This document shows, piece by piece, positions 1 to 8,847 of a DNA stretch of 32,000 nucleotides; position 1 is the first letter of the stretch, and each line of letters opens with the position of its first letter. Source of the stretch: Candidatus Saccharimonadota bacterium. GTDB lineage: Bacteria > Patescibacteriota > Patescibacteriia > 2-12-FULL-60-25. The stretch lies in assembly GCA_963718585.1 (NCBI GenBank), contig OY970357.1, forward strand, positions 390,001 through 422,000, in the 5' to 3' direction. The notes beneath the pieces are model-generated. The model saw only the letters and a list, made by a program, of their open reading frames with translations, was not told the DNA's origin and did no database searches. Made by a program: the position numbers and the translations under genes.

Positions 1-280
1 TCCCCGTGGTAACAGGGACCTGGACCCAATGCACATTTTCACACTCTTCGCATACCAATGGCTCGACGCCAAGCGTCTCTGGATCCGGATCGAGTGGGAC
101 ATCCGGTCCGAAGACCGTGTGCTGATCCTGTTTCGTTTCGCAGGAGCGACACTGGTAGATCCGATGCGGAAAGACGTCTTCACTCGCACAAACGGGACAC
201 CGGTGTTCTGCCGAGGTCCGGAACGTCGTCTCGTGACCGATCTTTTGACAGCAATAGCATTTCCAATGCGTCACCTCCAT
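1..280 (-). CDS. Cys-rich zinc-ribbon protein, N-terminal part only (gene runs off the left edge)
   Basis: Absent from the ORF track because there is no stop in the window. Manual translation from ATG 280-278 gives MEVTHWKCYCCQKIGHETTFRTSAEHRCPVCASEDVFPHRIYQCRSCETKQ...CEECENVHW, open to position 1. It has several CxxC pairs. GGAGG lies 5 nt upstream of the ATG. Confidence 0.5.
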   Translation of the reverse strand, partial: MEVTHWKCYCCQKIGHETTFRTSAEHRCPVCASEDVFPHRIYQCRSCETKQDQHTVFGPDVPLDPDPETLGVEPLVCEECENVHWVQVPVTTG

Positions 281-348
281 GCGCTCCTCCTTTCGTTCAA
301 GGTTCAATGGTCATGTTATCCCCTTTTCGTGCGCGAGGGTCAAGAAAC

Positions 349-381
349 AAAAAAACCGCTCCATGCGGAGCGATTTTTTTT
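349..381. terminator. Intrinsic terminator hairpin (CGCTCC-ATGC-GGAGCG) flanked by an A-run and a T-run; it serves the minus-strand dsbA-like gene
   Basis: 6-bp GC stem at 357-372, A7 at 349-355, T8 at 374-381, located 11 nt after the stop at 392. Confidence 0.6.
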
Positions 382-391
382 GTGCAAAAGC

Positions 392-1159
392 TCACTTGGT
401 CGCGAGTTCCTGATCGATCGCCGCCTTGATCTGCGCGTATGGGACCGCGCCCACGATCGGCTTGCCATCGATGAAGACCGTCGGTGTCCCGTTCACGCCC
501 GCGGCCTCCCCGTCGGAAAGATCTTTTTGGACGTTGCTCGCGTATTTGTGCGAGTTGAGACATGATGTGAATTTGGCCTTGTCCATGCCCAGGTCCGTGG
601 CGTATTTGATGAGATTGTCGTTGGAATAATAGGCTGTATTGCTCTCATCCGCCTGGTTCTCGTACATCCAGTCATGGAACTTCCAGAACTGTCCCTGTTC
701 GTTGGCGCATTCAGCGGCTTCAGATGCGGCTGTGGATTCCGGGCCAAGGAAGGCAAAACTCCGGAAGTAGAATGCGACCTTCCCGGTATTGACGTAGTCC
801 TTCACGAGGCTCTTTTCTGCGTCCTGATAGAATCGTTCGCAGTACGGACAACGGAGGTCCGCAAATTCAACGATCGTGACTTTCGCATTCTTATCACCAA
901 GGACCGGGAAATCACCGGTACCAAGGTTCGAAACGACCTGTGGGGTGGTCGGTTGGGCGGCGGTCGGTGCTGACGGAGCGGCGGTCGGGGCAGCCGGGGC
1001 GTTGGCACTGGCTCCCATTGAGAGGCCGCCTCCCTGGAGGAGGATCGTCAAAAGGATGATGAATCCGAGGGTTCCCATCACGAGGATCGACGTGACGAAT
1101 CCCAAGATGAGTGCGGATTTGCTGTCGAGGAGGTCGAACAGCTTCTTGCCTTCAGGCAT
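392..1159 (-). CDS. DsbA-family thiol:disulfide oxidoreductase with N-terminal membrane anchor
   Basis: 255-aa ORF with an N-terminal TM helix, an Ala/Pro-rich linker and a thioredoxin-fold active site FADLRCPYCERF (CPYC). Confidence 0.85.
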   Translation of the reverse strand: MPEGKKLFDLLDSKSALILGFVTSILVMGTLGFIILLTILLQGGGLSMGASANAPAAPTAAPSAPTAAQPTTPQVVSNLGTGDFPVLGDKNAKVTIVEFADLRCPYCERFYQDAEKSLVKDYVNTGKVAFYFRSFAFLGPESTAASEAAECANEQGQFWKFHDWMYENQADESNTAYYSNDNLIKYATDLGMDKAKFTSCLNSHKYASNVQKDLSDGEAAGVNGTPTVFIDGKPIVGAVPYAQIKAAIDQELATK

Positions 1160-1220
1160 AGGCGTAAGATCGGGCAGGTAAGATGAATAGGTCGTGCGTA
1201 TACGCTGTTATAGCATATGG

Positions 1221-1985
1221 TCACATATAATTCAGCAAGCGGTCATAGTTCACGCCCCGGAAGAGCGAAAAGGCGATGTTGTTCCAGACGGCCAGATTCC
1301 CGGTCACGAGGAGGACTCCCAAAAAGACGATGAACGCCCCACTGGCGACGGTCACGACCCCGAGCGTACGCGTGAATCGTTGGAGAACGCGACTGGCTTG
1401 GCCGATCCCAAGGGCGGTGAGAAGGAAGGGGGTCGCAAGACCGGCCGAGAACACGAGGAGGAGCAAGCCGCCGCTCAAAGCCGTCGTCGAGGTCGACGCG
1501 AGGAGGAGGATCGTCCCGAGGATCGGACCGACGCATGGGGTCCACGCGAGGGCGAATGATGCGCCGAAGATGAATGAACTAAGAGGCTTACCCGGCGTCA
1601 GTCCTCGCACGGTCGGGAGCCGGCGTTCCATATCCATCCATCTGAACCACTTATGATCAAAGACGTTCATCAAATACAGACCGAAGAAGATCACGAGGAT
1701 CCCGCCGATCCGTTCGAGCCAGATCCGTTGCGCGCCGAGGGCGATCCCGCCGGCGCTGAAAAGCAGGCCGAACCCGACGAAAATGGTCGTAAAGCCAATA
1801 ACGTACATGAGCCCGTTCAAAAAGATCCGCCAGCGTATCATCGGAGCTTTTTTCGGGTCTTGAAGGTCTTTAAGCGATGTTCCGCTGATGAAGACGAGAT
1901 ATCCCGGAACGAGCGGAAGGGTGCACGGCGCAAGGAATGTCAAAAAGCCTGCGATATAGGCAGGGATGATCAGCGTCGTCGGCAT
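1221..1985 (-). CDS. ccdA: Cytochrome c biogenesis / DsbD-type transmembrane thiol-disulfide transporter (CcdA family)
   Basis: 254-aa polytopic membrane ORF. Motifs FLAPCTLPLVPGY and WTPCVGPILG are typical of the CcdA/DsbD beta domain. It is adjacent to the DsbA-like gene. Confidence 0.85.
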   Translation of the reverse strand: MPTTLIIPAYIAGFLTFLAPCTLPLVPGYLVFISGTSLKDLQDPKKAPMIRWRIFLNGLMYVIGFTTIFVGFGLLFSAGGIALGAQRIWLERIGGILVIFFGLYLMNVFDHKWFRWMDMERRLPTVRGLTPGKPLSSFIFGASFALAWTPCVGPILGTILLLASTSTTALSGGLLLLVFSAGLATPFLLTALGIGQASRVLQRFTRTLGVVTVASGAFIVFLGVLLVTGNLAVWNNIAFSLFRGVNYDRLLNYM

Positions 1986-2027
1986 ACGGGTCGTGCGGAA
2001 ACGTTTAATCTGAGATCGCGGTGTCGA

Positions 2028-3710
2028 TCAGGTGTAGAGCATCTGGATGTACTCCCGCACCATGCGTGTGGCGCTGAACCGGTCGCGGATGAGGGTACGC
2101 GCGGCTTGCATGCGTTTGACCCAGTCTTCCGACAGGCCCTCTGCATTCTTCGTGTAGTACATGGGGATGATGGCGTTCTCAAGCTGGTCCAATAGATCGT
2201 CGGTGACGCGGTTCGTGTTCAATTCCCAGCCGATATCTTCGAGCGGGATCTCATCCACCCATCCGTCGCGTGTCGTGAGTGGTAAGGCGCCGTTCAGTGC
2301 GGCCTTCATGCCGCTTGTCCCGCACGCTTCAAAACCGACGACCGGTGTATTCACCCAGATATCGCATCCGGATGTGAGCGTCTGTGCGGTATCGATGTCG
2401 TAATGCGGGAGATAGACGACCGTCCCTGAAAGTTCGCCCGCGATGAGATCTTTAAGCTGTTTGAGCATGGCCACGCCGTCCGCGTCGCTGGGATGTGGTT
2501 GTCCGGCATAGACGATCCGCACTGGACGGTCTGACCGTTGTGCGAGTTCCTTGAGGCGTTCGACTTCGCTTACAAGGGCGAGCGGACGCTTGTAATGGAC
2601 GAAGCGTCGTGCCCAACCGAGAAGCAGATCATCCATCCCCCACTCGGCGCCGGTCTTTTCCTTGATCACGGCGAGAAGTTCCTTTTTCCGTGACTGGTGC
2701 TGCTTCCAAAGCGCGCTCGGGTCATCCTCGCTCGTTCCGATCTTGTCCCACATGGGGAGACTGACCCCATTCGTGATCCCGAACATGGGATGGTCGGTCC
2801 AGATCTCTTTCGCTTTCTTGGCGTGGAGTTTGCTGACGGCGTTGATGATCCCCGCCATGCGCAAAGACAGCATGGTCATGGAAAAGGTGCTCGATTCCTG
2901 AACAAGTCCGAGTTTTACGATCTCCGAGATCGGGACCTCGAGGATTTTTGCATATCGATCGAGGAGGAGGGCGACGAGATCGTTACTGTACACTTCGTTT
3001 CCAGCCGGAACGAGCGTGTGGTTGGTGAAGACGATGCGGCGTCGTGCGAATTGTTTGACCTGCTCAAATCCAAGCTTCCGTTCTTTGATCTCGTGGTGGA
3101 TGAGTTCAAGCACGAGCATGGCCGAGTGTCCCTCATTCAAATGATAGATCGAAGGATGATATCCAAGTGCTTCGAGGAATCGGAGGCCTCCGATCCCGAG
3201 GATGATCTCCTGTTTCAATCGCGTCTCCTTGTCGCCGACGTATAGCTGGTCCGTGATCATCCGATCATGCGGATCATTCTGTTCATTCGTCGTCTCGAGT
3301 AAGAAGAGCTTCGCATCCTTATGCGTGTACTGCCACCCTTGGACGACGATGTCTTTCCCATCCACGGGCACGGTCACGGTCACGCGGTGGCCCTGCGCAT
3401 CGACCACGGGCGTCAGGCCGACATCCTCTGGTAGGACGGTCACACAGGCATTTTTGGCGACATCTGCGTCGCAGAGATAGCCATTGCGGTAATACAGACC
3501 GACCGCGATGAACGGGATGCCGCGATCTCCCATCTCGCGGAACACGTCTCCTGCAAGGATCCCCAAACCTCCGGCATAGATCGGGATGCGCGCTTCCAGC
3601 CCGTATTCCGCGCAAAAGTACGCGATCGGCCGCGCTTGAAAGTCGTCAAAATCCGGTCCAGCCTTCCACTTCTCAAACCAGTCCAAGTTGTCTTTCAGCG
3701 TGTCAGGCAT
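2028..3710 (-). CDS. glgP: Alpha-glucan phosphorylase (GT35, GlgP-like)
   Basis: The start is at MPDTLKDNL (ATG 3710-3708), not at 4517. Motifs: PIAYFCAEYGL, IPIYAGGLGILAGD, and CGTSGMKAALNG (pyridoxal-phosphate Lys region). The upstream part of the 829-aa track ORF is glgA read in a shifted frame. Confidence 0.85.
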   Translation of the reverse strand: MPDTLKDNLDWFEKWKAGPDFDDFQARPIAYFCAEYGLEARIPIYAGGLGILAGDVFREMGDRGIPFIAVGLYYRNGYLCDADVAKNACVTVLPEDVGLTPVVDAQGHRVTVTVPVDGKDIVVQGWQYTHKDAKLFLLETTNEQNDPHDRMITDQLYVGDKETRLKQEIILGIGGLRFLEALGYHPSIYHLNEGHSAMLVLELIHHEIKERKLGFEQVKQFARRRIVFTNHTLVPAGNEVYSNDLVALLLDRYAKILEVPISEIVKLGLVQESSTFSMTMLSLRMAGIINAVSKLHAKKAKEIWTDHPMFGITNGVSLPMWDKIGTSEDDPSALWKQHQSRKKELLAVIKEKTGAEWGMDDLLLGWARRFVHYKRPLALVSEVERLKELAQRSDRPVRIVYAGQPHPSDADGVAMLKQLKDLIAGELSGTVVYLPHYDIDTAQTLTSGCDIWVNTPVVGFEACGTSGMKAALNGALPLTTRDGWVDEIPLEDIGWELNTNRVTDDLLDQLENAIIPMYYTKNAEGLSEDWVKRMQAARTLIRDRFSATRMVREYIQMLYT

Positions 3711-3711
3711 A

Positions 3712-5408
3712 TCAGAGTGAGGTCGTATACGATGGGAAGTAGGCTTTACGCTGCACGCGTTTATGCATGCGCGACGTTTTGCGGTACCAGCTTTCGTAGT
3801 CTTTGGCCGCGTGGGACCAGGAAAAATCCGACGCGAGGCAGTTTTGGACCAGCCTGATTCCACATGACAGGCTGACGATAGAGGGTCGAGCGCACGGATC
3901 ATGGTGCCGTACAGACCCCACGGATCCTTGTGATAGAAGGAGAAGCCGTTCCCGTTCCGTGTCTTCGGATCGAATTCCGTGACGATATCGTTCAGCCCGC
4001 CGGTCCGGCGGACGAGCGGGACGGCGCCATACCGTAGCGCTTCAAGGGCGATGATCCCGCCTGGTTCAAAGACGCTCGGGATGAATTGGATGTCCGCGCC
4101 TGCGAATATCTTGCGGGGCAGGCGGAAATTGGGCAAGAGGTGGAGTCCGATCCGATCCGGAAAGTCTTTTTGGAACGAGAGAAATCGTTGGGAGTAGGTA
4201 TCATCTCCCCCGCCAAGGAGAATGAATTGCACGTGCGGATCCTCGGTCAGGATATGCGGGAGCGCTTCGAGCAGCAGGTCAAGTCCCTTTTGGCGCGAAA
4301 GTCGTCCGGCGTATGCCATGATCGGTTTGTTCGGATCGCGCGGCAAAAGGAACTCGCGCTGGAGATCGAGCTTGTTCTTCGCGTGCATCTTCATCGCCGT
4401 CCGTCGGGTATAATTCTTCGCGATGATCGGATCCGTTGCCGGATTGAATTCGTCCGAATCTAGACCGTTCAAGATCCCCGTCAATTTTCCGCGCACTTTC
4501 TGCAGGGTATCTTCCAATCCTTCGGCATATTCCGGTGAAAGTACCTCGGCCGCATGTGTCTGGGCTGACGGTTGTCACCGCATCGGCGTAGATCAAACCG
4601 CGTTTCAGCGCGTTCTGCTTCTGCAATAGTGGCGAAGTCAGCGGTGCGAGCGGTACGCTGGGGTCTTGTCGATCGGCTTCCGCCATGTAGCGGAAATTCG
4701 TGTTTCCTTGGAATCGGAAATTGTGGACCGTCAGGACGATCGGGATCTTTTCGAGCAATGCTTGATAGCGCATGTCGCGCCGTGCAAGTTCGATGAAGTA
4801 GGACGTATGCCAGTCGTGGCAATGGATCACATCCGGCCACCAGACCTCTTCTTTCGCAAGGCGGCGTTTTTCTGATTGACGTAAGCAGCCACTCGAGCGC
4901 GCCCTTGCATAATAGCGCGAAGCGAATGTGATCATCTGCGTATCCGAAGACATTCTTGCGCAATCCGAAGTATTCCGCGTTGTCGAGAAAATAGGTCGTC
5001 GCATCGCGTTTTGATGGCGTGCAGACCGAGATACCGCATTTGATCGTTCCGTCCACGGATTCGGCGTTCACGGTCACCCCTTTCCCTGCAGAGCCGCCAT
5101 ACGCGAGCGCGGTTCGATCTTCGTTTTCTTCCTCCGTCCTGTTCAGCAAGCATCTGTTCGAGGATCGCTGTCCCCTTCCCGCGCCGGTAGGTGTGTTCGA
5201 TCGGAACCTGCAGATTGCGGATGATCTGTCGGATGTGCCAGGGGTTCTTCTGGTCTTTTCCCGTCTTCATCGCTCCATAGCGCGCGGTGAAGATACGCAC
5301 ATCGTCGCCGCGGGCAATGAGTGCCCGTGGAAGGAAATACATCACCTGCGAGAGTCCGCCGACGGAAACATACGGTGCCACTTCCGCACCGAGAAAAAGG
5401 ATCTTCAT
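3712..5408 (-). pseudogene. glgA: Glycogen synthase (GT5, GlgA) split over five reading-frame segments
   Basis: GlgA-like segments sit in different frames. Frame 1: MKILFLGAEVAPYVSVGGLSQV (from 5408). Frame 2: YFLDNAEYFGLRKNVFGYADDHIRFALLCKGALEWL. Frame 3: PDVIHCHDWHTSYF...ADAVTTVSP. Frame 4: THAAEVLSPEYAEGL...GILNGLDSDEFNP...FIPSVFEPGGIIALEALRYG. Frame 5: RLVQNCLASDFSWSHAAKDYESWY, with stop at 3712. The frame changes lie near 5130-5190, 4866-4880 (A5 run), 4556-4566 and 3859-3872. Confidence 0.7.
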
Positions 5409-5594
5409 GTTCAGCCAGTCTACCGCTCTGACACGGAAAAGAAAACCCGTGTCAGAACGCGAGATGGTGCTCTTTTATGTACCGATCACGCTCCGTTCCC
5501 CAGCGAAAAGGTCGACAGGATGGTCGTATAGAGCGCGCGGTATTCATCCGGCTTGAACGGATTGCATCCGGAAGCGCTGGTCGAATACGAATAG

Positions 5595-6167
5595 TCATGC
5601 ATGAATGAGCAATCCGAGCGCGCCGGCGCTGGAGACGTGTTTCGTCAGCGTGATGACCGCATACGAATCACCGACCTTGGTCGTGAACGCGTCCGTATAA
5701 TATGCGCTCCCCGCGGCTCCTTCATTCTGCGATGTGTGGCAAAAGGTCACGCCGGCATCGGTCGTGATCTGTTCCGCGTTTTTCAGCGGAATGTCTTTCC
5801 CGGTGTCGCATCCGTCCTTCAACTCCGGATCACTCGCGTTCAAAAGTGTAACTTCCCACGTTGGGGCATAGGATCCTTTGGTCGGCCACTTGAAGGAAAA
5901 ATCACCGGAGCGACTTGTATAGGTCTGCCACGTATCATCAACGCCTGGCGCAGCCATGGCCGTATCCGAGGCATGCGTGGTGTTGTCCATGCTCGGTTCT
6001 GTAGCGGTGGCCTCTGATGCGGTGGTGGAGGGCGTTGTTTTTTGATCCGTCGCCGATCGTTGGACCTGGCCGGTCTGTTCAGGGGTCGGAGACGGCGTTG
6101 TGGCGGCGCATCCTGCGCCAAAGAGGGCGATAAGAGCGAGTGTGCTCGTGGTTTTGATGATAGACAT
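5595..6167 (-). CDS. Secreted lipoprotein, unknown function
   Basis: 190-aa ORF. Signal peptide with lipobox LFGAGC, followed by a Thr/Ser/Pro-rich linker. Confidence 0.6.
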   Translation of the reverse strand: MSIIKTTSTLALIALFGAGCAATTPSPTPEQTGQVQRSATDQKTTPSTTASEATATEPSMDNTTHASDTAMAAPGVDDTWQTYTSRSGDFSFKWPTKGSYAPTWEVTLLNASDPELKDGCDTGKDIPLKNAEQITTDAGVTFCHTSQNEGAAGSAYYTDAFTTKVGDSYAVITLTKHVSSAGALGLLIHA

Positions 6168-6243
6168 GTGGCTACGTTAACGATTCATCCACGCATCGTA
6201 AAGAGAGCGGGCGAGCCGCTCTCTCATCGGACTGATCAGATCC

Positions 6244-6513
6244 CTACTTCTTTGCCTGTAACTTGTTGTAAAAGAAGGCGATCAAGAAACCGCCGATGAA
6301 TCCATCGACGAATCCCCAGATCGCGGCCCAGATCGCGCCGGCGAACGACGGACCGGCGCCAGGATACCAAGATCCCACCAGGGTCATGAGATCCTTCCCC
6401 CATCCGGTCCATGCAGCTGCACAGCCGATGAACAGGAAGTACAGGGCGATCGCGAATCCCCACGCGAGTCCGAAATGAACTGCGTGAAGCCGATCGTGTG
6501 TCGGATTTTCCAT
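6244..6513 (-). CDS. Small two-TM membrane protein, unknown function
   Basis: 89-aa ORF with two Gly/Ala/Trp-rich hydrophobic helices. No recognisable family. Confidence 0.45.
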   Translation of the reverse strand: MENPTHDRLHAVHFGLAWGFAIALYFLFIGCAAAWTGWGKDLMTLVGSWYPGAGPSFAGAIWAAIWGFVDGFIGGFLIAFFYNKLQAKK

Positions 6514-6578
6514 AGAAAAGCGATGATGAATAAGACGCTTCCCTCGCTTTGAGCCGACCTTTCTCTCACGATATCACA

Positions 6579-7070
6579 TTACGCCGCCTGCTTCAGGCGG
6601 TGCGCCTTTTGGACCAGCCATTCGCGCCAGATGAACCACATGACGATGAGATCGAAGATCGTGAGGAGGGCGACCGCGATCGAGTGGTCATAGGCGAACA
6701 GATATGTTTGATAGGCGGCGAACGCGCCGAAGATCCACAGCGCGAGCGGATACGCCCAGAGTTGGTTCTTCATCAGTCCGAAGATGACGCCGAATTTGAT
6801 GAGACCGTGACTGATGAGATAGAGCGCGGCGAAGATCTCAACGCCGATGGAGAGTTGTTGTGCCCAATGCAAAAGCGCGTTTGCGATGAAATCGTGTGGA
6901 TCTTCCGACAATTCATTGCGCGTCAAAAAGACGATTGCATTGGTCAGGGCCGCGGGCGGGACCACGAGCGCGATCAGCCCGGTGAGGAGTTCTAGGAGCG
7001 CATAGGCGCCTTTCAGCGAGACGACGATGCGGAACTCCTCGAGGAGACGGTGTTCCTTTTTCGGTTTCAT
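6579..7070 (-). CDS. DUF2127-like membrane protein
   Basis: The likely start is MKPKKEHRLLEEF (ATG 7070-7068). The longer track ORF (to 7235) would overlap the tspO 3' end. Four TM helices, YLISHGLIKFGVIFGL-type pattern. Confidence 0.6.
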   Translation of the reverse strand: MKPKKEHRLLEEFRIVVSLKGAYALLELLTGLIALVVPPAALTNAIVFLTRNELSEDPHDFIANALLHWAQQLSIGVEIFAALYLISHGLIKFGVIFGLMKNQLWAYPLALWIFGAFAAYQTYLFAYDHSIAVALLTIFDLIVMWFIWREWLVQKAHRLKQAA

Positions 7071-7089
7071 GGATTGCTTGTTCCTTGGA

Positions 7090-7749
7090 TCACGGTGAAG
7101 ACGCGGGGCACGGGGCGAAAACGCAGTTCGGTCCAGATCGACCGACGGCGGTCCCGTCCGGGCAGATCTTCGCTTCAAGCGTACAGGCAGTGTGAATGGC
7201 CGGCGGTGTGACGGTGCGGGCAAGGATCGCGCCATTCAAAACCCCGGCGAAGGCGACCCAGACGAGGTATGGCAGAAGGAGCCAACCAGCTGGCCGCGAG
7301 ATCTGGAAGAAGAGGATCATGGTCACGAAGATGACCGCCCACAGGACGATGATCTCTCCGAACGCCATGCCCACATCATGCAGACCGAAGAAGATCGCGG
7401 ACCACATGACGTTCAGGACCAGTTGCGCGCAAAAGACGGTGAGTGCAAGCTGCACCTCGCGGTCCTTCCATCCGCGCATCCAAACGATGTATGCCGCGAT
7501 CCCCATGAGGAGGAAAAGCGTGGTCCAGACAGGTCCGAAGACCCACCCTGGTGGCGTCCAGTCTGGTTTGGGGAGCTGGGCGTACCATGTCGGGATCGAC
7601 GGCGTCGTAAAGAGTGCGCCGATCCCGCCCGCCGCCTCCGAGACGATGATCGCGATGAGGAGTTTTGAGATCTCTTTGGCTTTCATAGAGGTATGATACA
7701 TCGCATTGGAAAAAGACTCACGAATGAGTCTATTTTTCATCCACTCCAT
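7090..7749 (-). CDS. tspO: TspO/MBR tryptophan-rich sensory protein with a C-terminal Cys-rich extension
   Basis: Motifs: WYAQLPKPDWTPPGWVFGPVWTTLFLLMG, and LLPYLVWVAFAGVLN near the end of the TM core. The true start may be M17 or M22 (7701 or 7686). The tail is CTLEAKICPDGTAVGRSGPNCVFAPCP. Confidence 0.8.
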   Translation of the reverse strand: MEWMKNRLIRESFSNAMYHTSMKAKEISKLLIAIIVSEAAGGIGALFTTPSIPTWYAQLPKPDWTPPGWVFGPVWTTLFLLMGIAAYIVWMRGWKDREVQLALTVFCAQLVLNVMWSAIFFGLHDVGMAFGEIIVLWAVIFVTMILFFQISRPAGWLLLPYLVWVAFAGVLNGAILARTVTPPAIHTACTLEAKICPDGTAVGRSGPNCVFAPCPASSP

Positions 7750-7974
7750 CCCCTTCGATTGACGAGTTGAACCTTAAAAGGAATGGCTTTGACCTCTTTA
7801 AAGGATGCCTCGATCGGCTGAGATGACGGGGCTCGGCTATTCTGTCAATGGTCGATCCTTCAATTTGACATTGACGGATCGGGTGAACCATGCCATTCTT
7901 TCGCAGAAGATTTTGTGAGGGGTCGTTGAACTGACAAATTCTGTCGCATCATTCATCCGCTTATTGATCACACC

Positions 7975-8172
7975 ATGACTGGTACCATCAAAAAGTTGAC
8001 CGATCGGGGTTTTGGCTTCATCGGAGCAGAGGGTCTTGAAAAGGACCTCTTCTTCCACAGCCGATCCCTTGTCGACGTCACGTACGACGAGCTTCGCGAA
8101 GGCGACGCCGTTACGTTCGATGTCGAGCAGTCCGATAAAGGACCGAACGCCGTCAACGTGAAGCGCGCGTAA
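7975..8172 (+). CDS. csp: Cold-shock domain protein (CspA family)
   Basis: 65 aa. RNP1-like motif GFGFI and FFHSRSL (RNP2 region). Typical size, with a ~100-nt or longer leader. Confidence 0.9.
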   Translation: MTGTIKKLTDRGFGFIGAEGLEKDLFFHSRSLVDVTYDELREGDAVTFDVEQSDKGPNAVNVKRA

Positions 8173-8185
8173 GCGTGCTGCGAAA

Positions 8186-8214
8186 ACTCCCCGATCTCGA
8201 TCGGGGAGTTTTTT
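8186..8214 (+). terminator. Intrinsic terminator of csp
   Basis: ACTCCCCGA-TCTCGA-TCGGGGAGT (9-bp stem) followed by T6. Confidence 0.8.
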
Positions 8215-8361
8215 ATATCCGAAAAGTACGTCTATAAATGCGAGTCAACCTTTAGACAATTACGATTTATTAAAATTCGTGATTTGTAGAGCTTCCTGAG
8301 CCATCATCACATCCATGAACATCGTTCTTGATCTGCTTTGCATCACCTTCCAGCCTCTCAT

Positions 8362-8625
8362 TCAATTGTGAAGCAGGTCCGTGAATGGTGAAGATTGGAT
8401 CGAGAGATTACGCGCGCCCGCTGTCGTGCGTTTCAATACGCCGGCATAGACCAAGCGATTGATGGCGCGGTTGAGCCGGTCAGGATAGGCTTTGAGATCA
8501 TGGGTGATCTCGCGATATGTGGGAGCGAAGCCATGAATGCCGAAGTATCCGTTGATGTAAGCGAAGACGTGGACATCGAAGGGCATGACCCCGGGCTTTA
8601 ACCCCTCGGCATAGGTTTTTTTCAT
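8362..8625 (-). CDS. Small winged-helix DNA-binding protein (LexA N-terminal-domain-like)
   Basis: 87 aa. The pattern GFAPTYREITHDL...LNRAINRLVYAGVLKR resembles LexA_DNA_bind / MarR-type wHTH. Family assigned by eye only. Confidence 0.45.
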   Translation of the reverse strand: MKKTYAEGLKPGVMPFDVHVFAYINGYFGIHGFAPTYREITHDLKAYPDRLNRAINRLVYAGVLKRTTAGARNLSIQSSPFTDLLHN

Positions 8626-8675
8626 GGGAAAATATCAGAGATACCGTATCTCGCTCGTTGCGTTCATTCAATCAC

Positions 8676-8711
8676 GTCCCCTCCAACACCTTCCGCATCG
8701 TTTCGGTGTCC
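8676..8711. repeat. Direct repeat copy A (32/36 identical to 15048-15083)
   Basis: gtcccctccaacaccttccgcatcgtttcggtgtcc versus gtcccttccagcacctttcgcatcgtttcggtatcc. On the minus strand both encode ...DTETMRKVLEGT-stop. Confidence 0.8.
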
Positions 8712-8847
8712 GTATCCTATCTATTGAGTGATCCGTGCGCCGCATTTCAGACATTCGTGATCCTTTAAGATCTTAGGGTCAACAGGGTCCCCCGTATCGT
8801 TCACATCAAAAGGGGGCGTAGCGGTCAACCGGTGTTCTTCTAAGTTC

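Noticed and set aside
29-565. Track ORFs 29-565, 58-429 (plus strand) and 297-563 (minus strand)
   Set aside because: They span a terminator and overlap the dsbA-like gene antisense. The minus-strand zinc-ribbon ORF (1-280), with a strong RBS, explains the region better.
2028-4517. 829-aa ORF as a natural GlgA-GlgP fusion protein
   Set aside because: The true GlgA C-terminus (DFSWSHAAKDYESWY) is in another frame and stops at 3712. glgP has its own ATG at 3710. The fusion is a read-through of an out-of-frame glgA segment.
7865-7975. Promoter call for csp from TTGACA at 7865-7870
   Set aside because: No acceptable -10 element lies 16-18 nt downstream. The long leader is plausible for csp genes, but I could not place the promoter.
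8728-8847. About 40 codons open in the res frame after the res stop (ELRRTPVDRYAPFDVNDTGDPVDPKILKDHECLKCGARITQ)
   Set aside because: There is no start codon or RBS, and it contains only half a zinc-ribbon motif. It could be a remnant or chance, so it is not enough to call.
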